A stretch of DNA of 64,000 bases. Origin: Magallana gigas (taxonomy: Eukaryota). Of the stretch, positions 37,679-50,500 are shown in pieces. The position numbers and the translations under genes are program-made. The stretch spans positions 38,998,001-39,062,000 of the forward strand of contig NC_088859.1 of the NCBI RefSeq assembly GCF_963853765.1. Reading direction: 5' to 3'. Below the pieces are notes generated by a model. It was given only the letters and a program-made list of their open reading frames with translations. It was not told the origin of the DNA and searched no databases. Every line of letters begins with the position of its first letter. Within the stretch, counting starts at the first letter, position 1.

Positions 37679-38842
37679 TTACTTTTGGAAATTCTTCTTA
37701 AAGAGTTCAACAGCTTTGTATCTGTGTGAAATAGTGTTTTTTGTTTCTTTTGGCATCTCTGCATAGGTCTGTTTAAAACCATCAGGTTGAAAGCATGGGT
37801 CCCAGCCAAAATCATTGGGTCCCCTGGGCGCCACAATCTCCCCAGGGGTTTTCCCACAGAATAATTTCACCTCAGAGTCTTTTTCACCTGAGCTGTAGGC
37901 TAAAATACACATTGCTGTAGCTGACTTATCCTCGAAGCCACTAAGCATCTTGTGTAGACCTGTAAAATATTCCAGTCATTAGAAAAACAAAACTGTTTAA
38001 AAAAACAAATTAAATTGTTGTGAGGAAGTTTAAAAGCAAATTAAATAAAGTTCTGTGTTAGAAACCTACCAACTGATGAACGTGTGCATCACTACATACT
38101 TTGTAGTCCCACTCATATTGTGAAAAAAGTGCATCTTGACTAACAAAGATGGCAAAAAGCATTGAATGAATTTTTTATCAATAAACACTGACAAAGTCAG
38201 AAGTCTGATATTATCAAGAGAAACGGATATTTTTTGGCAAGCTAGTACATATACCTTCTGGTCCTAGCTTTTTAAGGAACCATTTGATGTAGGGACCCGG
38301 GAGTCCACCTAAAGCATTGAAGCAGAGACTGGTATCCTCGGTCACTACTGGACACTTCAACCGCTCGGCCGCCAGCTTACATTTCTCTGTGGCCACTTCC
38401 TCGGGTTCTCCTTGAAATTCCGGCAAGTCAACATCGACATTAGTGATCTGAACAGGATTTAAAAAATAAAGTTTATTAACAATCCTAATTTAAAAAAAAA
38501 ATGTTATGTTAGTTCAGTAAAAGACACTAGCTTTGCAAAAAATTCTACACTGTATAATACTCATTTCTTAAATAAGAAACCTTTACATTTTTATCTTCAA
38601 GAAATAATTTCTATTATTTCATTTAGAAACTCTGAAGGATCACCTTTTAATGCAAAATAAAAACTCAAGAATAAAAAAACCCCAATTATAACACATTAAG
38701 TAGTCTGTACAGATGGAAAAGAAGATAAATTTTCAGTTTCAATTACCTTGTAAGGAAAGTCTGGTCCTAGTATTTGCATGAATTCCTTTAGTTTATTTTT
38801 ATTCCCTGTACATAGAACAATTTCTTTTAACTCTTCCTGCAT
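37679..38842 (-). CDS. ITPA: Inosine triphosphate pyrophosphatase (Ham1 family), 189 aa
   Basis: Exons 38842-38747, 38447-38255 and 37959-37679. Motifs [48 protein letters not shown] and ISHR. Confidence 0.96.
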
Positions 38843-39000
38843 TTTTGCCTCAGAACTGAAAACTCTTTGCTAAAATTAAATAAAGAATTATATAATTTCA
38901 TTCCAAACTAAAGTCTCCATAAAGTGTAAATTGCTCAATTAACATGAAATGGAAACTACAAATTGCATTGAGTCAAAGGGAGAAGAAATAGCATTTAATA

Positions 39001-39207
39001 ATGTGGTTTCATTAATATTCAAGGGTATCAATTTTCGTGGATGAAGTGAAAATCACAGTTTCAAGGATAGGTAAATTCATGGCCAATGACCATATCAATA
39101 CAAAATGTTAATAGAAATTGCACTTCGATGAACATTTAATTTCGTGGATCAACTAAACAACGAAATCCATGAAAATTGGTATTCAACGAATATTGATGAA
39201 ACCACAG
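39001..39207. mobile_element. MITE family A copy
   Basis: ...TGTGGTTTCATTAATATTC ... GAATATTGATGAAACCACAG|TA. Confidence 0.7.
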
Positions 39208-39573
39208 TATAGATTATTCCTACTTAGCCAACACTAAATGCATCAATTCTGGCTGATGGTCAACATTGTGTGATTTCCACACTTAGATACCTGTATATGT
39301 GTAATATATATAATCTATTCTTAATTCTAGGTCTTCATTAATTCCTAATCAAAACTAGAGCAAAGCTTGTTGCAAAGAAACAAATAGGTCTTCATGTTTT
39401 GTATATAACAAAAAATAATATTAATAATTATGGTTAGTTTCCCATGCCATAAAATTCAAGATGTGATGCTGCAAGACAGGTATTTTTATTTTATTTTAAT
39501 AAATTTCCAATGGGAAATAACTTAATTTTCATATTTTTACTGAAAATGAACAACTAAGTCATTATCCTTTTCC

Positions 39574-40093
39574 ATACATGCCAGCTATACCGATTTTTGC
39601 GGGATTCTCCCGATTTCACATGGTCAAAAATACAAATCTCGATATCCCAATCGGGATTGCCAAAATCCCCCGAAATCCCGATTCTCAAAAAATCCAACCC
39701 GTTTTACGACAAGAAGTTCCGATTTCCATCAAAAGTTTTAAATCCCGCACTGCTTGTCTACACTAACCAATCAAAAAGCGGGATTATGACCGCCATTGTT
39801 GTTTACCTGTATCGCGTGTGTGTATATCTGGATGTGTGAATTGGTGTAATTACCTGTAGACTACATGTGTCTGGGTGTTTGCAAACCTAATGAGGAGCAT
39901 GTTTTGATAGTAATTGATTGGGAAGTATCGGTATGGATTGCAAAATGCCACAATTTTTATACAAACTTCGACAAGTATGGGGGGTTACACCACCAATGAA
40001 AATGAAACTTTTATCCCGATATCTCAGCAAGTTGGAGGCAGATTCCCGGTTTTTGGGATGGCTATCGGGATCGTAATTGGATGACAACTATGT
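39574..40093. mobile_element. hAT-like non-autonomous element with CGGGA/TCCCG subterminal repeats
   Basis: Imperfect inverted ends CATACATGCCA / TGACAACTATG and many CGGGA/TCCCG motifs near both ends. No clear TSD. Confidence 0.45.
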
Positions 40094-40307
40094 ATATTGC
40101 CGTGCAATAGGTATGTTTAACTTACATATAGTACAATTGAATATATTTATTGACTATATGGTAGGAGGTCATAAAATTGACAGGGTACATTCTATTGTGT
40201 ACACATGACACTAGGACAGATTGACAGCCAATACATTATTTAGAAGAAAAATAGATATGTTCAACTTTATGATTAACAAAAATTATTTTTTTTGGGTGGG
40301 ATTTTAG

Positions 40308-40660
40308 GGTAGACCATGGTGGAATGAATGATGTTACAAAGCACATGAAAACAGCCATCCATCAGGCCAGCATCAAATCCCAGAAATCAACACCTGCAGC
40401 TATCAACTTCTTTGTGAAATCAAAATTGGAGCAAGATAAAATTGTAACTAAATTTCCTTTTATTAATTTTTTAAAGTTAATATATAATATCTTTAATAAA
40501 TTTTCACGTCAGGAACAATTATAAATACTTTCTTGAATAACTTTATATAGCAACTTGACCCATAAATGCTTTTTCATATTTAATTTAATTAATCATTTTA
40601 TTTTGTAGATGTCACAAGAGCAGAGGTGCTGTTTGCCAACTTCATTGCAGAACTTACCGG
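40308..40660 (+). pseudogene. Relic of a hAT-type transposase N-terminus
   Basis: DHGGMNDVTKHMKTAIH...AINFF (end of a BED-like zinc finger), then after an AT-rich gap DVTRAEVLFANFIAE. Both match the remembered hAT transposase pattern HGGxxDxxxH...AExxFxxFIAEH. Nothing follows. Confidence 0.6.
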
Positions 40661-41926
40661 TAGTGCTTTTTGTGCTGCTATACCATACTATTTATTGTTT
40701 GTTGAGATTTTAAAGATTGGTCTATTATATGAAAATAAAGCTATGTACTTTATTCTTGATTTCATTTGAAAGAGGAGATTGATTGATAAACAATTAAGGA
40801 TAAATGATAAACAGATAAGAAAACAAATGAATTTCTAAGAGTTCAACTGTTTATGCAAAGCAATTACACGACAAAAGTCCGCGAAAATTCCTTCTAAGAA
40901 AATGTTGTCGCGCGTAAAATCCCCCATGGAGATTTTCAAAAGTAAAATTGGCATGTATGCTTTTCACTTACTGGGCCAAAAAAAAAATATTCATCATTTT
41001 TTTAAAACTTCAGTCATAGAACTTAATGAATGTTAATCCAAATCCAGTGTGTTGTGTGTTGACAGGATGTTCTAGCAAGATATAGATTTTTCCAAAATGA
41101 TAGACAACAAAATTGAATTCCCACTTTGTATTTTTATGTCTTGTAGGAATGATTTTAAATAAAACGCTAACATTTTACAAATAAATATTATGTTTACTTG
41201 CTCAACAATAAATTTTGAAACTGTGTGTATTTGTTTTTTCATGTGGATTAATATAGAAGTTATTTAGTGCTGAACATATTCAAAAAAATACATTCAATTA
41301 ATTAACACTACTCATAAAGGGCAAAGTTTGGCATAGTTTGGCATATATCACTTTTATCACTGCTATCCCTATACAACCTCTATAATAATACATGTATAAG
41401 CTAGACCTCTTCACACTTCAATATGTTAGGTATTTGCTGTTCAGGTTTCACCTGACGTACATTTTACATCACCATGTTATTCAATCGCAATAAAATTATA
41501 ACATTTTATTCACTTATTCCATGGCAGTATAAAAATATCATCAAACATACAGCCAATACATTAAACAAGGAATTAAAAGTGCAAAATCTTAGACAATGTA
41601 TTGAATGTAAAAATACTACACATTGGCCACATTGTTTTGGTTGTGCAATCGAGTGTAACAAAATCAAAGGGTTTGTATACCTACCTGTGTATTGGTGCCA
41701 ATTTATGAGTTATGATCAGCTATAGCTATGTCAACGTTTCTTGACAATTTGCCCCCCCCCCCCCCCCCCCACCAGGTCCCTTAATATGGATTTAAGTAAG
41801 GTCCCTGATATATATTGTAATCGTTGTATTGGCTATATGTAGACCAGGGAAATTTGCATGTGTATATATTCAGCATTTACATCTGAATCGTATCAAATAA
41901 AAGTAAAACTTAAAAAAAAATCATAG

Positions 41927-42269
41927 ACTTACGAAATACTTCGAAACCACAATACGAGCCCACATGTGTTTACTTTCGATTTATAGATATTTTTAGTGGA
42001 ATTTTCGTATTATCATCTTTTTTATCTCTGAAAAAATTTAGTTTTACACCAATGTGTATTAAAATATGCAATTCTATAACTATATTACTTTAAACCCATC
42101 AAGATTATGTGCATTTGACACCATTTACTTGTTTATTAATAGATACGTCATTGCGGCTAACATTATCATCCTGCTTTTGTGTAAGAAAGGGAACACAGCC
42201 AACGCGGCGATGAATATGTCATATTTTCCAACATAACATTTCTGTCTTGTACCAAATAATACATTCAAA
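41927..42269. promoter_or_regulatory. Candidate bidirectional promoter between ITPA (-) and HBS1L (+)
   Basis: CpG-richer patch. A minus-strand GTAAGT donor at 41932-41927 could end a non-coding ITPA exon 1. HBS1L ATG at 42270. Confidence 0.45.
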
Positions 42270-45200
42270 ATGTCCAGGCACCGTAACGTACGGACAATGA
42301 ACTATGAGGATGGTATGTGGTCAAGTCTTTAAAATTGTTACATGTATGATACGATACCACTTAACGTTACTAAATGTGTTACTGCGACTGTTTGTCGAGC
42401 TGTAAAATGTTGTTTTAAAAACCACTCAAATTTTCATGAAATTGTAATTAACGGGTACACTACAACTTGCCCACTTGTTCACATGTACCCAACAGACCGA
42501 TTGGCAGTTTCATGCCTCAATGTCGATTTACCCAAAAGGTGAACAACCCCTATGTTATTATATAGGTTGGGACCAATCGCCCAAATGGGATATAATAACC
42601 CAAATGGGATATAAATTTTAAGTGCAAAAAATAAACTTTTTTGATATAAATCTGCATTAGAATAGATGTAATGCAACAACTTTTGGTAAACAACTTTTTC
42701 TGTTACGGAGATCGATCCCTCAGTATATCCAAAACTTCTTGGGGATCAATCTTACAAACTGTAGACACATAGAAAAACTTCTTATTGAAAAATTGTTGCA
42801 TTTGATACATATTAATGCAGATTTAAATCAAAAATTTAGAAACTAATTTTTTTTTATTTTTTGCACTTATGTCCCATTTGGGCTATTATAACCCAAACGG
42901 GCTATTATATCCCATTTGGGTGATTGGTCCCAACCTGTTATACATGTGGTCAGGGCATTATATAGAATTGTAAGCAACAGTTACTGTTTTATAATTCTTT
43001 GTCAGGTAGCTGTACTATTGAATTCTTTAATTATACTACAGTCTGTTCCAGGTTACTGTTTCAGTCGCTTTTTGACTATAATTATAACAAAAATACACTT
43101 AGTACGTAATTTTTGTGATGAGAAACTATCATATGCGAGAGTAAATCCTTACTGAGATTTATGATGGGAAATGTTTACATCTTTTTCCATTGGAAAGTAT
43201 TCGGGACACCTTGCACAATTTTCGACTATCATGTCTGTTGCAATGCAAAATCCCTGTAGACTTTCTATTTTTGTTTGTGTATTGAAACCTTTTACTCAGG
43301 TGTCCCTAAAAATGATTGACCTTTGTAGATTATCAGCTGATCTTTCCTTTTTACCTCCACAGATATCATCCATGTATTAAATTGGAATATATATGTACCA
43401 GTACTTGATATGTCAGTATGTCATTGTTATCAACCAGCAAGATGCTTTCAAAGATGGAAATTATATCCATGTATTGCTGTGAAACAAATTTATTAAGGAT
43501 TAATTATAATTTGCATTCCAAACTTACCTACTGCAGATTTATTTTTCAGAATATTTTGATGAAGATGAAGTCTATGGACATTCCTATGATGATAGCTACT
43601 GTGTCTCACCAGCCACAGGTACAGTAGAACATATAAACAAAATATATCAAAATTCAGGAAATTTAAATACATGTACCTTTGTGTAATTGAGAAAAAATTG
43701 AGTTTGTGAAATTTTTTAGCAGTAACATGTTAAAAGAACATTTGTTGCAGCTGCACAATTCACATTTAATCGAGAAAGAGATGTCAACTTGTCGTCCTAC
43801 ATGGAGGAGGGTATTCCCGAGGAGGAGGATGAAAGTGACCCAGAGCCCCTCAGTGAATCTGGGAGGGACAACCTCAAACTTAATGATGTTGAACAAGGTA
43901 AGCTCTGTAACAGCTTTTAAAAGTTCAGTCTGCATTTATTCCAATTTAACCATTGATACTAATGTAATAACAATTAGTTAGGAAACTAGTGAGGTGAATA
44001 AATTGCAAGATTATGCATGTATCTGGTCTATGTAATAAAAATAGCAATGATATGAACACTGTGAAGTTACTGTAAGTAAAGTTATTTTTATTGCAGCTAA
44101 ACTGAATTCCTGTAAAGAGGAAATAGTGAATGTGATAGGCGACACCATTCCAGAGCACATCGTGTCTCAGGCTGTGGTCAAACACCAATACAACATTCAA
44201 GCTGCATTGAATGAACTTCTGAATCAAAGTGGTAAATTAAGCATTTTTCAATTACATTATTGATATCAGCTCAAGAGGATTGTTTGTAAACAGTGATGGT
44301 TGTTTTAGATCTAAAACTTGAAATCATTTGATAATTTTCTGTTATTTTCTGCATTATATGAAAGCAAATGTCAACTCTAAGGGAGAGAAAGTTATGCTGT
44401 AATCTTTTAAGTGTCGTTGTAAAGTTCTGTTTGATTGTTTAAACAAATTTCTTAATACTGTGTGCAAGATCTTACCTACCGGTATATCAAATTCAGTACA
44501 TGTCAAATTTGTATGAATCAGTTTGATGTTACATTTAAATTGAATAACAATTTCATGAAATTTTGAGGCAAAATTATCAAAATTTTCTGGTAGTTATGAA
44601 TTCAATACATTGTATTTATAAATGTTGTATGATACATCGCAACTTTGGTCAGAAGGAGACGTTTCCACCTTTTCATTAACTTCGTCAATTATGTTATATC
44701 ATATAACATTAGTAAAAATTCAATCTATTCCTTAACTGCATATGTTGATATGGATGATTTTTTCTATGTTTACATTTTGTTTTTATTAGAGGCGCCTAAG
44801 CCACAAAGACAACCAAGGCCTGATAGGCGAGCAAACAGACAAGGTGACTATCTCCTCTCTGTAGACTCCATTAAATGATAAAAAATAGTACCGGTATCTT
44901 AAAAAGTGAATTAAATTTAAGTAACTTTATTTGGTATTATTCTCAGTAGTTGTTCTCCCGCACCTTTTTTCATCGCTTAACATTTTGCCCTCCTTTTTTT
45001 TCATGACCTCTCAACCTGTTGGTGATTGGCTGCATGTGTTGTTCTGCTTTCTGTCATCTCTTTGTTGAAAATGATGGTATTTTGCTGAAATATTTGGCGA
45101 TGGTAAGGTAAGATGAAGATGATGACTTTGATAGTTTTTTAGAATCATTAGAAGCTGATGATGGTGACACTAGCATATTTTCAAACTTAACTAAAATGTC

Positions 45201-47497
45201 ACCCAAAATTTTACATTTTGGCTCATCGCAGAATGTTGTTGAGAATAATTTGAAAACTGTAGAAACATTATCTCCCGAGAAATCAAACTCCACCGCGAAT
45301 GATTTTTGTGAACCCGCCAGACCATCATCCCAGTTAGCAAAAAAACATGAGGGAGCTCCACAGACACATAAAGGTCTGTTCCAAGGAGAGAGTACAGGTG
45401 AAAACAAGTCAAGAATATCACTTGCTCAATTAGCAGCTAAACGGAAACCATCATCATCTCTGGCACAACTGGCATTAGCTAAGAAAGGAGATTCTCTTGC
45501 TCAAATAACATCAGGACAGCAAAGTCAATCTGTAGCTCAGCCTGCAGGACAGAAGGTGTCTGTCTTAGATTCTGGACTTAAAGTTTTACCTCTAGCACAG
45601 CTAGCCAGTAAACACAAAGTTGGTACAAGTGTTGAAGAGAAGAAACCATCTTTAGCATTACTAGCAGCAAAACAGATGGAAACTTCTGAAGGAACCATGA
45701 TATCAAAATCCTCAGGAGTAAGTCTTGCTGATCTGGCAGCAAAAGAGACCAAAAACCAATCCATTCTAGGGAAGAAAGGAGCATCTTTAACACAATTATT
45801 AAACACCTCTAAAGAACTTCATCTGGAGAAATCCCCTAAGACATCTTTAGCACAACTAGCACAAAAACACAAACAAACATCCAATATAACTGCGACTGTG
45901 AACGAAAAATTTTCAAAGGAAAAATCTCTTGCTCAGTTGGCCCTGAAGCATAAAAATGAATCATGCACCGAGACTGATGTAGAACAAAAAGGAAAGGGAA
46001 TTTCTCTTGCTCAACTTGCATCAAAACACAAAACACCACTCAGTCAGTCTGGAATATCTCTAATGCAAGTTGCAAAACAAAAGGAAGAAAGAGAAACCGA
46101 AACAAAAAATGTTAGTCTGAGTGACCTAGTCAAACAAAACAAGGAGAAATCAAGTGACAGTGACAATCCACAATCCAAAGATGGACAGCAAGTTACTACA
46201 GTCAGTCAGCCTTCTGCCCAAGGGTTGTCACTTAGAGATTTAGTCAAAGAAAGGTCAGGCAATGTTTTGAAAGACAAATCAAAGAAAATTAAGCAATTGA
46301 AAGGGAATGATACTCAAACTGTAGACAGTAGGGAAGATTCTGATGTACTTCATGAAGGAAAAACTGCAGAAGATCTCGTCATTGAAAAGCTCAGTTTAGA
46401 TTTTGATGCTTTGGTAAACATCACAAAAGGGTCGTCTTGTTTTGGAAAAGTTATTTGTGGAAGGTTTGGAGCATTTAAAAATAAACTAAAAAATAATGAT
46501 TCCCCATCTCAGGGGCCATTTTCATATGCCAAACAAAAACAAATCACTTGTCATCATTCCCCAGAGCATCAGGTGAAATTAGTGCCATTTGATTTCTCAA
46601 CACCCTCCCCAGATGATATTATCAAAGAGAAGCAGAAGAGAGCATTCACACGCCCAAAAGAGAGAAATGATTCCAAATGAAAAAAGTTTCCTCTCAGGAA
46701 ATGAACTTTCTTCCTCCCATTTGTTTTTTGAATGATAAAAGCTTAGGAAATTATTAAATAAATTTATGAAAACATGATTAATGAATAAGGCATAATGTTT
46801 TTGGCAATAATGATGAACAATTTAGAAGTGATACCTGTACTAAATGTAATATAAGGTTGATCAAATCTTAATGCTAAGTCTTGTAAGAAATATATTAATG
46901 CAAACTATATGTTATTATGTATGAAGATGGTTTTTCTGATCACCAGAGTAAAAGTAATGAATTCAATCTCAAGATAAATTAGATAATAGCGATGTATATT
47001 TTGTAAATACTTTAAAGAGCATTCAACTATTTTTTGTAATTTTTAGAATTATACATACTTCATATTTCTCATGTTTTCATTGTTTTTATGTAATGTATTT
47101 ATAATTCTTTTGATAAATAAAGGCAGCTTTCATGTCCTGTTTTATGTAAATTCTTTGATTTGAGAGGAAGTATTTTAATGATTTAAGTATAATTTATCAT
47201 GGTAACAAAAATTAAATTCTACAAAAGTTCATAGTTTAGAGTGTTTCAGGGAAGTGTTTAATTACATGCACTGAGAGTTTCTCAATTTATAACCATAGAT
47301 TATTTGTTACATAATTTTTTTTTTATTAAGTTTTGAAGTAGTGCAACAAGTACTTGACTATTGCTTGAAAAAAACTATCAATTATTGACGAAGTTAATCC
47401 AAGTAAAATTGCACCCCAAGCTATTATATAACTTACATCCCCCCCCCCCAAAAAAAAGTGTCCTTTGCATATTATCATTTTTAGCTCACTTGAGCCA

Positions 47498-47529
<32 letters not shown>

Positions 47530-47545
47530 GTCCGTTGTCTGTCGG

Positions 47546-47591
<46 letters not shown>

Positions 47592-50500
47592 AAGAACCAC
47601 TGGGCAGATTTCAACCAAATTTGGCACACAGTACCACTAGGTGAAGGGGATTCAAGTTTGAGTTTGTTCAAATGAAGGGCCACGCCCTCTTTAAAGGGGA
47701 GATAATTGAGAATTATTGAAAATTTGATGGTATTTTTCAAAATCTTCTTCTCAAAAACTATTCGGCCTGAAAAGCTTAAACTTGTATGGAGGCATCCTCA
47801 GGTAGTGTAGATTCAAGTTTGTTCAAAGCATGGTCCCCGGGGGTAGGAAGGGGCCACAAGAGGGGGATCAAGTTTTACATAGGAATATATAGAGAAAATC
47901 TTTAAAAATCTTCTTCTAAAAAACTATTAGGCCAGGAAAGCTCAAATTAAAATGGAACCATCCTCAGTTAGTGTAGATTCAAGTTTGTTCAAATCATGGT
48001 CCCTGTGGGTAGGGTGGGGCCACAAGAGGGGGATCAAGTTTTACATAGGAATATATAGAGAAAATCTTTAAAAATCTTCTTCTCAAAAAACTATTAGGCC
48101 AGGAAAGCTCAATTTGGCGTGTAACCATCCTCAGATAATGTAGATTCAAGTTTATTCAAATCATGGTCCCTGGGGGTAGGGTGGGGCCATAATGGGGGAT
48201 GAATTTTTATATATAGAGAAAATCTTTAAAAATATTCTTCTCAAAACTATTAGGCCAGGAAGCACAAATTTGAGTGGAAGCATCCCCAGATCGTATAGAT
48301 TCAAGTTTGTTTAAATAATAGTCCAGGGGTAGGGTGAGGCCACAATGGGGGATGAATTTTTACATAGGAATATATAGAGAAAATCTTTAAAAATCTTCTT
48401 TATAAAGACTACTTGTCCAGAAAAGCTTAAACTTGTGTAGAGGCATCCTCGGGTAGTGTATATTCAAGTTTGCAAAATCACAGTCCCTAGTGGTAGGGCG
48501 GGGCCGTGATGGCGGTTTGAATTTTTACATAGGATTATATAGAGAAAATCTTTAAAAATATTCTGGGAAAGTTTTCGGTTCAAAACTCAGAACTTAGTGT
48601 GAAAGCACAGGTTATGCAGATTTAAGTTTGATGAAACCATGATTCCCTAGGGGCCACGAAATGGGGGGGTGGGGGGGATACATAGGAATAGAGACAAATC
48701 TTCTTACAGGTACAACAACAAAAGGGGCTTGGTATTTACCCCCAAAAAAGAGGTGGATAAAAATTGGCAGATTTTAATTTTTTTTTAGCAAGATCTACTG
48801 TACCTAGTTGTCAAGATATTTTGATACTGTGATGCTAATTTGATCAGAATTAAGGCAATTGTTGCTCAGCTGAGTGATGTGGCCCCTGGGCCTCTTGTTC
48901 TTTATTACTTCTAATTATTCTGCATAAGTGTATCAATGCTCCCTTGGAGACTGTTGAGGCTGAGTGACCTTTTCTATGATGGAAAACATATTTTTTCAGG
49001 ATATTGTATACAGGGTTATTTTGAATCAGCAATTGTTTGCTGATTTTTTTCAGAAAATCAATTTGAATGGTAATTTTGGCACTCATTTTTGTCTTATTAA
49101 TTTGTTGTGGTCACTAAAGGTAAGTAGAAGTGTTGGTGTGTAATTTTGGATATTTTTTAAATGTTGTGTTCATATAAGGGTTAGTTCATAGTAAGAACAA
49201 TTGATACATAAAAAAGAATTGTCCTATTTTTATTTTTCAATCAGAGTTTGCACCTGTTCAGCCCACTGTTCAATTAAAAACTCCAGTCAAGAAAAATACA
49301 ACCTCGGACTTAGCCCAAGCTACCTCTGCCACCTCACAAATAAAACTGGAAACCTCAAATCAGACTGTTAAATCTGCAAATAACTCAGAAACTGTGTTCG
49401 GTACTGAGAAGAATACTGTGAAAGACTTGCGCACAAAGGCAGGGAATCTAAATGCAAACAATGAAGTGGATGTCACAGACAGTGCAGTGTTAAATGATTC
49501 CAAACTTCAGGCAGTGAATTCTGAAATAGACCTAGTCGGAGACCTTGTTGGTAGGGACTTAGACACTCCAAGTAAATCATCTAGCAGCAGTGTTCCAGCA
49601 ACTCCCAAAAGTACTTCAAAGTAAGTCAGAACGATGGGATTGTATGGTACTGTTAAAGATACATGTACGTCTAAATCGTGTAGTAATTATATTACTAGCC
49701 ATATTGTGTCACAGAAATTTATTAAATTATTTAAAATTATATATTTATATGGTAATTATGTTCAAGTCTAAAGAATAATTATTGATACGATCTGAGTGAA
49801 ATATATAGAGTATAGTATTTCCTTTGATTGTGAAAATCATTGGAAGAGATAAATTGATATTGAGCAAGCTTTAGCATGCAAACCATAAAAGATCTGCAGT
49901 AGCATATGTACAACAAATAGATTCATCTTTATACTCAGAGATTCTTTGTGTTTATTTTATAGTTTATACAAAAAAATATTGAGATATATTGGCTTTCATT
50001 TGCATTTCTACATTCTTTAGAGTAAAACAAGACAAAGCCAAACTAAAGGAAGAATATGAAAGAAGAAAAACAGGCAAAGATCTTCTGAACTTGGTTGTCA
50101 TTGGTAAGTAGAAATGTCAACATTACTAGGTAGGTTATCTGTAGAAAACCATGCCTTAGATCATACACAGAATAGTGTATGATTCTTTCACCAGCATTGT
50201 CAGCTGGCAAATTCAAGACTGGGTGAATTCAAAACAATATTTAAGTAACTATGTTAATTAAAAAGAGAATCAATTTCTAACTGTGTGTGGGAGAAATCAA
50301 GACGTTATAAAACTGTTTGCAAGGGCGAAAAAACACAGGCTGAAATAACCCGTTACAGTAGTAGTATTAAACCATATCAGTAAGATCAGATAGTACCAAT
50401 AAATCTACCAATAAATTTCACAGGTCATGTGGATGCTGGTAAGAGTACATTGATGGGGCACCTGTTGTATCAGATGGGTGTGGTCAACAAGAGAGCCATG

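Noticed and set aside
45054-46039. Antisense ORFs over the Ski7 exon
   Set aside because: Shadow frames of a long sense coding exon with no recognisable motifs.
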